The translations under genes and the position numbers were made by a program. From Candidatus Omnitrophota bacterium (GTDB lineage Bacteria; Omnitrophota; Gorgyraeia; Gygaellales; JAQTUX01): a stretch of DNA of 64,000 bases. The DNA lies in assembly GCA_028707125.1 (NCBI GenBank), contig JAQTUX010000001.1, positions 1,066,438 through 1,130,437 of the forward strand. The letters run 5' to 3'. Shown in pieces: positions 50,620 through 59,547 of this stretch; the stretch's first letter is position 1, and every line of letters begins with the position of its first letter. The notes beneath the pieces were generated by a model that saw only the letters and a program-made list of their open reading frames with translations, was not told the origin of the DNA and searched no databases.

Positions 50620-51441
50620 TTAGTTAATGATTACTCCGGCATATCCGACTACGGAACTGTTGTCTCCGGTAACATCTCCGCTTGTCTGATATTTGATCAA
50701 CTCAGCGTACTTCGCGCCAAGCGCCTTAGCCGCCACCATAGCCACTATTACAGGAGCGATGCCGCACATAGTCATATCCAGCTTTCTGGCGTCGTTAAAT
50801 AACTTGCGTTCATCCATGCGGGCTATGTCATTCAGGGCGGCCATGTCCTTCTTTTTCGCGGACTCGGCGGACTCATAATGGGTCATATCGCTGCTGGCGA
50901 CGATCAAGGTATCTTTCTCCGCGTGGCCGGCCTTTAAGGCCCTGGCAATATTTATGCCTATAGCTTCCAGCGTGTCGATCTCCGCGTTTAACACCACTAT
51001 CGGCACGATACTGATATCCGGCTTCAGGTATTGCAGGAACGGCACCTCTACCTCTATGGAATGTTCAAAACGGTGGGCATCGTAATCCTCTTCCAGGAGC
51101 GGGTCATTCTCAAGAAGCAGCGACGCGAGAGCGCCGTTAACCGCGACATCCCCCAGAGGCGTATGCCATTTGCCCGAAGCTATCAGGCTGAATGGCTTAC
51201 CATAGCCGGTATGATTAGGCCCCAATATGATCGCGCTGCTCTTGATCTTGATCTTGGAAACAACGGCGCCCGCCACCTTTCCGGAATAGGTGTAGCCGGC
51301 ATGCGGCATAATACAAGCCAGGGCATCTTTCTTAAAAGAGCGATCTTGCACTAACGACCCGAGTTCGCCTCTAAGTTGGGTCTGCGAGCCCGGATAAAAC
51401 TGGCCCGCGACCGCGGGCATCCGTATCTTGACCTCAGTCAT
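50620..51441 (-). CDS. Memo-like protein (AmmeMemoRadiSam system protein B)
   Basis: N-terminal AGQFYPG motif and His/Asp/Cys metal ligands of the MEMO1 family. Confidence 0.7.
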   Translation of the reverse strand: MTEVKIRMPAVAGQFYPGSQTQLRGELGSLVQDRSFKKDALACIMPHAGYTYSGKVAGAVVSKIKIKSSAIILGPNHTGYGKPFSLIASGKWHTPLGDVAVNGALASLLLENDPLLEEDYDAHRFEHSIEVEVPFLQYLKPDISIVPIVVLNAEIDTLEAIGINIARALKAGHAEKDTLIVASSDMTHYESAESAKKKDMAALNDIARMDERKLFNDARKLDMTMCGIAPVIVAMVAAKALGAKYAELIKYQTSGDVTGDNSSVVGYAGVIIN

Positions 51442-51449
51442 TTTTGGCG

Positions 51450-51620
51450 TTATCTGCTTCGGCTTCCTATTGAATACCTTCTGCGCCGCTTCTCGCTAGG
51501 CTTCTCGTAATGCTTCCTGTCCCTGAGTTCCCTTAGAATACCTTCCCTGTCTATCTTCTTTTTAAACCGCCTTAAGGCAGACTCAAAGGATTCGTTCTTC
51601 CTTACCTCAATTTCCGACAT
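51450..51620 (-). CDS. rpsU: 30S ribosomal protein S21
   Basis: 57 aa, not in the ORF track: [56 protein letters not shown], preceded by a GGGGGTG RBS. Confidence 0.75.
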   Translation of the reverse strand: MSEIEVRKNESFESALRRFKKKIDREGILRELRDRKHYEKPSEKRRRRYSIGSRSR

Positions 51621-51704
51621 CCTGCTTACACCCCCTTAATTTGCGTTTTGCACAGATTAATATATCACCCATTCTCTTGTGTGTCAACAGATTAGAGGAC
51701 GGCG

Positions 51705-52346
51705 CTACTCTACTTCAAATGATATGGCTACTGTAAAGGGGAGTTCCGGGTAATCCAGGTCCTTGGGGAAAGGCGGGAACGGCGAGGCATCATAAATACT
51801 CTTCAGGGCTATTTCTTTCAGGTAGGGGCCGGCAAAGGTCCTGCCTTGAGCTATCCCGCTATTGATAACCGCCCCGGAAGAGGAGACCGTAAAGGCGATA
51901 TTGACCTCTCCTGTTTCGGAACGAAAATAATGCTTGTACGCGCTCCTCCTGATCTTTTCTCTTATTATCTCATAATAGCTCATATAGGCGGGGCTTTTGA
52001 TCTTATCCGCCCCCAGGACGGGAACGGTTATTTTCTTCTTAAATGTGGCCTGGGCCGATTGCGTGGGCAGGGGCTTGTTCACTTTTAAGGCGGAGCGCTC
52101 TATGGCGGGGGTTTCATTCTTAATAAAAGGCGGCAACCCTCTGCCCTTAGGCAGCTCCCTCTTCATTTTATTCTGCTGTTGAGCCGTGTTTTTAAGCGGC
52201 GCGGCCCTGAGTATTTTATAGGTGATCTCTATCTCATTAAGCGCCTTTCGCGAGGGCAGCATTGTTTTCGGCAGGCGTAAAAATAATACGGCGTGCGTGA
52301 GCAGCGAAAAACAGACCGCCATCTTGAAACTTCTCTCGGTAAGCAT
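51705..52346 (-). CDS. tonB: TonB-family energy transducer (C-terminal TonB domain)
   Basis: N-terminal TM anchor, Pro-rich spacer, and a C-terminal TonB_C pattern (VNIAFTVSSSGAVIN...). Confidence 0.6.
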   Translation of the reverse strand: MLTERSFKMAVCFSLLTHAVLFLRLPKTMLPSRKALNEIEITYKILRAAPLKNTAQQQNKMKRELPKGRGLPPFIKNETPAIERSALKVNKPLPTQSAQATFKKKITVPVLGADKIKSPAYMSYYEIIREKIRRSAYKHYFRSETGEVNIAFTVSSSGAVINSGIAQGRTFAGPYLKEIALKSIYDASPFPPFPKDLDYPELPFTVAISFEVE

Positions 52347-52384
52347 ACGTTTATAGTTTACTAGAATACGGCGCGTATGTCACT

Positions 52385-54208
52385 CTAAAATTCTATCTTG
52401 ACGCCGCTCCTGAGCGAAAAGCCGGGCATAGGATAGCCCTGTATCTGGCTGTATTTTCTGTTCAGCATATTATCGATAGACAGAGTATATTCGATATTTT
52501 TAATGAGTTGCCGCGAGGCATCCACGCTCATTACAAAGAAATGATCCAGATAGTCCGAGTTGTTTGTCTTGGTGAACCTGTTAGAAACGAACTGTCCGCC
52601 GAGTTTCACCTCCCAGCCCCAGACATCATCCGCCGTTATAAACATATCAACCTTATGCTTGGGCCTGTTAGTAAGATACTTATCCGTATCCTTGTCTTTA
52701 GACCTCAAGTAATTATAGGAAACGTCTCCTGTTAAATCAAAAAATAAGGGGAATACCGCTTTTAATTCCAACCCTTCAATCATGGCGGAATTGATATTTG
52801 TGGGCGTCCATACACCGCCGCTTCCCTCAGCCCAGTTAATCAGCTTATCCGTATCATTTCTGAAGTAAACTACCTCAATGAAATGGCCGTTGGATAACCA
52901 TTTTTGCAGGCCCATCTCGCCTGACCAGCCCACTTCCGGCTGCAGATTTGGGTTGCCTTCGTATATGCCTGCGGCAGGGTAATATAAATCATTAAACGTC
53001 GGCACCCTGAACGACCTGCCTGCGAATGAATGCAACTTTACTGAATCGTTCAGCCAGTAAGAGACGCTGAAAGAAGGCATCAGCTTCTCTCCGAAATTTG
53101 AATAGTCGTCCTGCCTTAAGGATGCCTCTATATTAAAATCATCTGACAATGTAAAGGTATTATTAAGATATATCCCCAGTAGCCGGTAGTCGTGCTTGCC
53201 GGAACTTGAGCTGTTAAGCAGGTTCTTCTGCCTGTTTAACCCAAGCAGAAACTTATACCTGTCACTGAACCTCTTTTCTATATGCCCGTCAAAGCCGCGC
53301 GCCTTGTCATTGGCCGCGTTTTTATTCAAAGGGTCCCTCTTTTCTATAAATTCAATCCGGTCAAAATTGTAATATGACTTGATAGTAAAATTTAATGTAT
53401 CATCAACCTCTGAATCCCATAATATCTGCGTATAGTTTGACTTATCTATCTGCTCATCATCTAAATCCTGCGCGTTCACCTTTCCCGGTATGCCGTGTTT
53501 TTCATAGTGCGCGCCGGTATGGACTGTGAGTTTGTTGGTTTCATTAATGTCATACACCGCTTTAAACGCCTGGATATTTGCCCTGTATTTGGAATTATCT
53601 CTGTGCCCCTGCGATGTTTTTCTAGTCCCGGATACTATATACCCTAATTTCCCGAATGTCCCCGAGTTATATAGCGTATTGATATTTGTCCTGAATGTGC
53701 CGAACTCACTCCTTATGTATGTATGCTGCTTCTTATCCGGCTCTTTTGTGATTATGTTGGCTACGCCTCCTACCGCGCTTGAGCCGTAGAGGTTTGATGC
53801 CGGCCCCCTGACTATTTCAACCCTGTCTATCATATCAAGCGGTATCTTTGCCAGGTTTGCCTGTCCGTGCCGTGAATTATTCAAGGAAACCCCGTCAAGC
53901 AGTATCAGCGTCTGGTTGTCGGTAGCCCCCCTTATACGCAGCGTCTTCTGCGCCCCTATGCCGCCGTAACTTAGCACCTGCGCCCCTGAAGCATAATCCA
54001 GCGCATCCGCTACATCGTCTATGTTTCCGGATCCAATATCTTCGCTGTCAACAATATCTAAACTTCTTGTGGTTTCCTTGTACTTCTGCTTGGAGCGCGA
54101 CGCGCTGACTACGATTTTATCCAACTCATACTCTTCGGCCAGGGCGCTGCCGCCGAACACCATCACTAAAATTAATCCCGCGATAAAAACCAAATTTCTC
54201 CTGTTCAT
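52385..54208 (-). CDS. TonB-dependent outer-membrane receptor, BtuB-like (start taken at MNRRNL signal peptide)
   Basis: Signal peptide, a plug domain with a TonB box (DKIVVSAS), a 22-strand barrel, and a C-terminal F. RBS AAGGAGAAG. Sits downstream of a B12-riboswitch-like leader. Confidence 0.75.
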   Translation of the reverse strand: MNRRNLVFIAGLILVMVFGGSALAEEYELDKIVVSASRSKQKYKETTRSLDIVDSEDIGSGNIDDVADALDYASGAQVLSYGGIGAQKTLRIRGATDNQTLILLDGVSLNNSRHGQANLAKIPLDMIDRVEIVRGPASNLYGSSAVGGVANIITKEPDKKQHTYIRSEFGTFRTNINTLYNSGTFGKLGYIVSGTRKTSQGHRDNSKYRANIQAFKAVYDINETNKLTVHTGAHYEKHGIPGKVNAQDLDDEQIDKSNYTQILWDSEVDDTLNFTIKSYYNFDRIEFIEKRDPLNKNAANDKARGFDGHIEKRFSDRYKFLLGLNRQKNLLNSSSSGKHDYRLLGIYLNNTFTLSDDFNIEASLRQDDYSNFGEKLMPSFSVSYWLNDSVKLHSFAGRSFRVPTFNDLYYPAAGIYEGNPNLQPEVGWSGEMGLQKWLSNGHFIEVVYFRNDTDKLINWAEGSGGVWTPTNINSAMIEGLELKAVFPLFFDLTGDVSYNYLRSKDKDTDKYLTNRPKHKVDMFITADDVWGWEVKLGGQFVSNRFTKTNNSDYLDHFFVMSVDASRQLIKNIEYTLSIDNMLNRKYSQIQGYPMPGFSLRSGVKIEF

Positions 54209-54340
54209 CTCTTCTTCTCCTTTCGAGAATACTTTCCGTAATAGATAATCGACCGGGCTTATGCCCTTATCGGGCAATCACCGTTGCGGGGCAGCGGAAG
54301 GATTCACACCTTCGCTTCCTTTATCTATCCGGTAACGTTG
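54209..54340 (-). promoter_or_regulatory. Cobalamin riboswitch-like leader
   Basis: The minus strand reads ..AAAGGAAGCGAAGGUGUGAAUCCUUCCGCUGCCCCGCAACGGUGA..AAGCCCGG.. This matches the conserved GGUGnnAAUCC and GCnGCCCCGCAAC core and has a B12-box-like AAGCCCGG. Confidence 0.55.
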
Positions 54341-54868
54341 TTAATATTCTATCCCCTTCCTTCCTTGCGCGCCGTTACGGTAATGATGCCTCACCTCCTT
54401 TATGTTGGAAACCATATCGGCGTAATCCCTTAATTTCTTCGGCGCGCCTCTGCCGGTTATGACCACATCTACATCGCCTCTCAGCGGCTCCAAAATAGAT
54501 ACAATGTCATTTATTTTCATATATCTGTCTCGTAAGGCAATGTTTAATTCATCCAAAACCAGCATACCGCAGCCATGGCATTCAAGTATTTTCCTTATGC
54601 ATTCCATAGCGCTGCCGCATTCTTTTACTATGTTATCGCGCGGCTCGGACTTGAAAAAATGCGGATGACGAGGCGCGAAGGAATACAACTTAACGCCTAT
54701 CTTTTTCAGCATCCTCGCCTCACCGGTGTATATCCGGCTGTAGTCCTTAAAAAAGGAGATCCAGCATACCTTGATGCCATGCCCCCGCGCCCTTAACGCC
54801 TGGCCAAGCGCCGCCGTGGTCTTACCCTTGCCGTCACCTGTGTAAATCAACACCAGTCCTTTTTTCAT
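54341..54868 (-). CDS. cobO: Cob(I)alamin adenosyltransferase (CobA/CobO/BtuR type)
   Basis: MKKGLVLIYTGDGKGKTTAALG P-loop, typical of the family; 175 aa. Confidence 0.85.
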   Translation of the reverse strand: MKKGLVLIYTGDGKGKTTAALGQALRARGHGIKVCWISFFKDYSRIYTGEARMLKKIGVKLYSFAPRHPHFFKSEPRDNIVKECGSAMECIRKILECHGCGMLVLDELNIALRDRYMKINDIVSILEPLRGDVDVVITGRGAPKKLRDYADMVSNIKEVRHHYRNGAQGRKGIEY

Positions 54869-55661
54869 CTATCCTCTCCTTTGTCGCCAGCAAAATATAC
54901 GGCTTACGCGAAAACGGGTTCTCCCTTACCACGACTACGGTCTGATATACATCTTCGATATTCTGATAGGTAAGCACTTCGCGCGGATCGCCTGATCTGA
55001 ACACCTCGCCTTTATTCAGTAGAATAAGCCGGTCGGCGTACTCTGCCGCGAGGTTCAGATCATGCAGGACAGCAAGCACTGTGATCCCCTGTTTTTTATT
55101 AAGATTCTTCAGCAGCTCCATTATGCTTATCTGATGACCTATATCAAGGTGGGATGTCGGCTCATCCAGAAGCAGAAGTTTGGGTTCCTGCGCCAGCGCC
55201 TGCGCTAAAAGCACTCTTTGCTTTTCCCCGCCGGACAATTCATTCACAAAACGCCTTGATATAACTTGCGTATCGGTCAGGGACATGACATTTTCAATTA
55301 TGGCGTAGTCGTCGTTGCTCAGCCCTTCAAACCTTTTCTTATGGGGATAACGGCCCATCAGTATAAACTCTTCCACCGTGAATGAGAAATTGAGTTCTAC
55401 GCCCTGCGGCAATACGGCGATCTCTTCGGCGATCTCCCTGGCGCTGAGCCGGTTGACATCTTTATTGCGGTATATTACCTCTCCCGATCTTATATGCAGG
55501 AGTTTGGTGACCGCTTTAAACAAGGTTGTTTTTCCCGCGCCGTTAGGACCGATGATGCCGACGAATTCCCCTTCTGCCACGGAAAAACTGATATTGTGGA
55601 TTACATCCTTGCTGCCATAACCGCAGAACAGATTTTTTATTGTCAGTATATCTGTGCTCAT
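54834..55661 (-). CDS. ABC transporter ATP-binding protein (corrinoid/siderophore FecE-BtuD type)
   Basis: Walker A GPNGAGKTT, signature LSGGEKQR, Walker B LLLDEPTSHLD. Confidence 0.8.
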   Translation of the reverse strand: MSTDILTIKNLFCGYGSKDVIHNISFSVAEGEFVGIIGPNGAGKTTLFKAVTKLLHIRSGEVIYRNKDVNRLSAREIAEEIAVLPQGVELNFSFTVEEFILMGRYPHKKRFEGLSNDDYAIIENVMSLTDTQVISRRFVNELSGGEKQRVLLAQALAQEPKLLLLDEPTSHLDIGHQISIMELLKNLNKKQGITVLAVLHDLNLAAEYADRLILLNKGEVFRSGDPREVLTYQNIEDVYQTVVVVRENPFSRKPYILLATKERIDEKRTGVDLHR

Positions 55662-55668
55662 CTGTGTA

Positions 55669-56637
55669 TTAAAACATCCTCCAGTCCTTTGCCCTGATCA
55701 GCAGGATCAGGAAAAATACGCCACCGAAAAGCCCGGTGATCACCCCCACAGGCAGTTCAAGGGGCTTAACGACTGTGCGCGCGAGCGTGTCCGCCAACAC
55801 AAGAAAAGTTGCCCCTGCCAGGACAGAAGCGGGGATGAGAAATCTGTGGCCCGGCCCGACGAGCTTCCTTGTAAAATGCGGAATAACCAGCCCGACAAAA
55901 CCGATGATCCCGCAGGCAGCAACCCCTACAGCGGTGATCAGCGATGCCGCGATAAAGATTATCGCCTTTATCCTGGCGACGGCCAGCCCCAAGTGCGTTG
56001 CCTTTTCTTCGCCGAGAGTAAGGATATCAATATCCGGGCTGAGATAAAAAATAGCCAGCCAGCCAAAAACAAAAAACGGCAGCATCAATTTTAGCGTCCG
56101 CATATCCGCCAGAGAAATGTCGCCCATAAGCCAGAGTATGGCCTGATGCACATTTTCCGACTTTGCCACGGCAAAAAGGAACATAACCAACGATGAGAAT
56201 ACAAAATTCAGCATTACGCCGCCCAATATCATGCCGGTGTTGGAAAACCTCTTGTTGCCGGCGACCATATACACAAGCGCGATGCATAATATCGCCCCTG
56301 AAAACGCGCTTACAGGCAGCCAGAACGCGCCTAAACCAAGAATTATACATAAGGAAGCGCCGAACGCCGCACCGCCTGATATCCCTAATGTATAAGGGTC
56401 TGCCAGGGGATTGCTCAATACCGCCTGAAAAACGCATCCGCTTACCGCAAGGGACGCGCCTACCATAAGCGCGAGCATTACGCGCGGCAATCTGATCTTA
56501 TATAAAATGGTCCCTGCCTGGCTGTCAGCCCTGAATAAATCCGGCAAATTCACTTTGGCCGGGCCTGAGAAAAGCGAGAATACGACTGACAGGACAAGCG
56601 CGATAAACAAAACTATCAAAACAACCCGCTTGCTCAT
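55669..56637 (-). CDS. ABC transporter permease, FecCD/BtuC family
   Basis: 322 aa, ~9-10 TM helices, FecCD family conservation. Confidence 0.8.
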   Translation of the reverse strand: MSKRVVLIVLFIALVLSVVFSLFSGPAKVNLPDLFRADSQAGTILYKIRLPRVMLALMVGASLAVSGCVFQAVLSNPLADPYTLGISGGAAFGASLCIILGLGAFWLPVSAFSGAILCIALVYMVAGNKRFSNTGMILGGVMLNFVFSSLVMFLFAVAKSENVHQAILWLMGDISLADMRTLKLMLPFFVFGWLAIFYLSPDIDILTLGEEKATHLGLAVARIKAIIFIAASLITAVGVAACGIIGFVGLVIPHFTRKLVGPGHRFLIPASVLAGATFLVLADTLARTVVKPLELPVGVITGLFGGVFFLILLIRAKDWRMF

Positions 56638-57473
56638 TGCTGCCTTGCCTCCTTCACCAATCCAGCGGTCTTCTCCAGCGCGACTATAAAATTATCCGGC
56701 GTGGGTGTGCAGGCGAAATGCATATCATATACGTACACCCTGTTATTCCTCACAGCGTCTATCCCCGGAAACCTGCGCCACAGATCCAGTTCGCTGCCGG
56801 TAATGTCGCCCATTGTAACTACGATTATGATCTCCGGGTTTCTCTTAATTACCTCTTCTATGCTGACTCTGGGATAACGGCCGGCCATATCCGAAAATAT
56901 GTTCACGCCGCCTGCCCAGTTAATTATCTCATCCGTGAATGTGCCGGCTGAAGCGCTGACTATGGGCCTTGCGCCCAATTGCCAGAATATTTTTATCTTA
57001 TCCGCGGCGGCAGATTCTTTTCTGATGGCCTCGATCTTTGCATTTATGCCGTCCATGATCTGCCTTGCTGTCTCAAAGCGTCCCAGGATCACTCCCAACC
57101 TCAAGAAATTGCGTTCTATATCGCGGAATCCTTTTGTTTCGTTAAACGCGACTACGTTTAACCCCAGGGCGGCCAATTTCTTTATTGACTCCTGCCTGTT
57201 GCCTTCATTTGTGGCCAGGACCAGATCCGGCTTAAGAGACACTATTTTCTCCATACTCGGCTCAAGCACTGTCCCGATGATCTCCTTGTTTCGCGCCTCT
57301 TCGGGATATCGGCAATACGAGGTAACGCCTATTAAGGAATCCTCTGCGCCTAAAAGATATATCTCTTCAGTAATGGAAGGAGCCAGAGAAACCACCCTTT
57401 TGTGATCCGCGTACGAGGTGCCGCTGAAAAACAGCAGGAATAATGCTAATATACTTTTATATTTAACACCCAT
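56634..57473 (-). CDS. Periplasmic substrate-binding protein, BtuF/FecB-like
   Basis: Signal peptide and class III PBP fold pattern (RVVSLAPSITEEIYLLG...). Confidence 0.7.
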   Translation of the reverse strand: MGVKYKSILALFLLFFSGTSYADHKRVVSLAPSITEEIYLLGAEDSLIGVTSYCRYPEEARNKEIIGTVLEPSMEKIVSLKPDLVLATNEGNRQESIKKLAALGLNVVAFNETKGFRDIERNFLRLGVILGRFETARQIMDGINAKIEAIRKESAAADKIKIFWQLGARPIVSASAGTFTDEIINWAGGVNIFSDMAGRYPRVSIEEVIKRNPEIIIVVTMGDITGSELDLWRRFPGIDAVRNNRVYVYDMHFACTPTPDNFIVALEKTAGLVKEARQQ

Positions 57474-58111
57474 CTGTCATCAACCTTTTCAACCGCGCCT
57501 TCTTCAATCTTCAATTCCCTGGAGAATATCGGCCCGTTAAACACAAAACTGTGGTATTCCCCGTTTTCTCCGCAGGGGTCGACTCCGGCAGGAAGCCCTG
57601 ATAAAAGATCATTGTCAATTGTCCTGCCCAGTATACTCTTATCCAGTTTATCCGCCTTCACATTAATGATCTTGGATCTAAAACCTGCGCCGATGAATTC
57701 GCGCGCCAGTTTCTCCGTATCCTCTTTCCAGAGAGGGAATACCGGCTTAACCCCCGCGGCGGCGCTTACATCGCTGAGCCAATCGTAATGCTCCCGCACA
57801 AAGATATCGCCGAATATCGCGTGATCTACACCCTGTTCCTTCAGTGACTTTAAGGCAGCGGTATAAACATCCCTGGCGTTATTTCTTTCCGCGTCTTTTT
57901 GCAGAAGCTTAATGCCCATTGCCTCTGCCTGTTTTACTATCGCCTCCCTGCCAAGATTGTGCGATATAGAACACTTGCTTCCCTTCAGCGTTACGTTAAA
58001 CAGCCGTTCCACGCTATACCCGTCATTCATCGCCCTGAAAAGAGCAAGGCATGCATCCTTGCCTCCACCCCAGAGACAGACGGCCCTTCTGACCTCAGAG
58101 TTCGTATTCAT
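57446..58111 (-). CDS. Dph6/MJ0570-family PP-loop ATP pyrophosphatase
   Basis: AVCLWGGGKDAC is the SGGKDS-type PP-loop of the diphthine-ammonia-ligase-like alpha-hydrolase family. Confidence 0.5.
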   Translation of the reverse strand: MNTNSEVRRAVCLWGGGKDACLALFRAMNDGYSVERLFNVTLKGSKCSISHNLGREAIVKQAEAMGIKLLQKDAERNNARDVYTAALKSLKEQGVDHAIFGDIFVREHYDWLSDVSAAAGVKPVFPLWKEDTEKLAREFIGAGFRSKIINVKADKLDKSILGRTIDNDLLSGLPAGVDPCGENGEYHSFVFNGPIFSRELKIEEGAVEKVDDRWVLNIKVY

Positions 58112-59423
58112 ACTCTAATCCTTTCAATACCTCTGACTTGATAAATTCAGAGTATTTTTCATCCGCTATAAGTTTAAAGGCGTAAGTAATTATTTTCTTG
58201 TAAAACCGGCAAAATACCGACTTCTTATTCATACTGCCCTTATACGCGTAAAGTTCAGCCGGGCAGGGAGCGCCGCATATATTCCTTAATACGCACACAT
58301 CGCACTCCTTTATATCTTCCACTACGCGGCCGCGTATTTTCCTGAAGGCGGATGAGTCCATAGCGGAGGCGATAGAACCATCACGGAATATGTTCCCGCC
58401 GGAGAACTCTCTTAAGCCCGCAAATTCACCGCAAGGTATCATATCTCCGTCCGCGGTTATGTTCAGGAAAACCCTGCCGCCTCCACAAGGCGAGATATCG
58501 CACATAAGACGGCGCGCCATAGGCGCGACTATGGCAAGGATAACGTTCTCAAAGTTTCCGATCGCTATTTTGCGGCCGGATTTAAGCGACAGACGCGTAG
58601 CCGTCTTAACAGCAAGCAGGAAATACTTAGCCATATCCGCCTGTTTCGGCCTTACCTTACGCGAATGTTTCTGCGTCAGGCGCACAGGGTTAAGTAAGGC
58701 GCAGGGCACCCTAAGCTTATGCAGAAAGCTTACAATTTCCGGCAATTGGCGCACGTTGAATTTATTAATGGTCGTGATCACATTCAGCCGCGGGTATCCG
58801 TTAAACCATTTTAACGCCCTTACGGCGCATTTGAAATTGCCTCCGCCCTTTGATGAACGCGCCTTATTGTTGGACATCTCATCATATGAATCCAGCGATA
58901 TGCCCACATTTACCCTGTATTTTATCAGGAAATCAACATCCTTTTTTTCCAGCAGGATGGCGTTTGTCTGAACACCGAAGAGTATCCTGCCGCTGAATTT
59001 CCTCACCGCCAGAAACAGCAGGTCTTTCTTCAGCAGCGGCTCTGCCGCGTGGAATATGACTAACGGCTTAGACGCGCCCTCTGTCTTGAAGTGCCGGATA
59101 ATACTGTTAAGGATAAACTCTAATTTATCCCAGTCCAGTTCAGCGCCTGACTGTCGTATCTGGTGAGGTATATAGCAATACGAGCAATTGGCGTTGCATC
59201 TATCTGTCAGATTGACGTAGACCGCGGCAAGCTTTCTATTCTTCCTGAAGGCATTGAAATCCCGGCTGATCTTAGGGTTGACCCGCTCATAGAGGGAGAC
59301 CGCATCCTGAAAGCCGCCGGCCTTCGGATCCGATCCCCCTCTTGATATCGCCCAGAACACATTGTCCGGGTCGATCATTAAATTGATATTTTTAGCTATT
59401 CTTCTCTTCTCCATAGACCACAT
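58095..59423 (-). CDS. Radical SAM enzyme with C-terminal SPASM domain and ~100-aa N-terminal extension
   Basis: CNANCSYC (Cx3Cx2C) at about residue 116. A Cys-rich C-terminus (CDISPCGGG...CGEF...CDVCVLRNICGAPCP) gives the SPASM auxiliary clusters. Confidence 0.7.
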   Translation of the reverse strand: MWSMEKRRIAKNINLMIDPDNVFWAISRGGSDPKAGGFQDAVSLYERVNPKISRDFNAFRKNRKLAAVYVNLTDRCNANCSYCYIPHQIRQSGAELDWDKLEFILNSIIRHFKTEGASKPLVIFHAAEPLLKKDLLFLAVRKFSGRILFGVQTNAILLEKKDVDFLIKYRVNVGISLDSYDEMSNNKARSSKGGGNFKCAVRALKWFNGYPRLNVITTINKFNVRQLPEIVSFLHKLRVPCALLNPVRLTQKHSRKVRPKQADMAKYFLLAVKTATRLSLKSGRKIAIGNFENVILAIVAPMARRLMCDISPCGGGRVFLNITADGDMIPCGEFAGLREFSGGNIFRDGSIASAMDSSAFRKIRGRVVEDIKECDVCVLRNICGAPCPAELYAYKGSMNKKSVFCRFYKKIITYAFKLIADEKYSEFIKSEVLKGLEYEYEL

Positions 59424-59532
59424 AATGCGAAAGCCCTGCTCCTGATTTATTGCATTTTGCCCGATAAGATACTGTTTCTTTTTTTTCCTCTGTCTTTTTC
59501 TCCGTGCATTTACCCCGCTTAGAACAACTCAT
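59392..59532 (-). CDS. Candidate 46-aa Cys-containing precursor-like peptide immediately upstream of the radical SAM/SPASM gene
   Basis: MSCSKRGKCTEKKTEEKKETVSYRAKCNKSGAGLSHYVVYGEEKNS. Preceded by a strong RBS GAGGAGGTG with a 6-nt spacer. Overlaps the radical SAM start by 32 nt. Confidence 0.3.
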   Translation of the reverse strand: MSCSKRGKCTEKKTEEKKETVSYRAKCNKSGAGLSHYVVYGEEKNS

Positions 59533-59547
59533 TTTGTTCACCTCCTC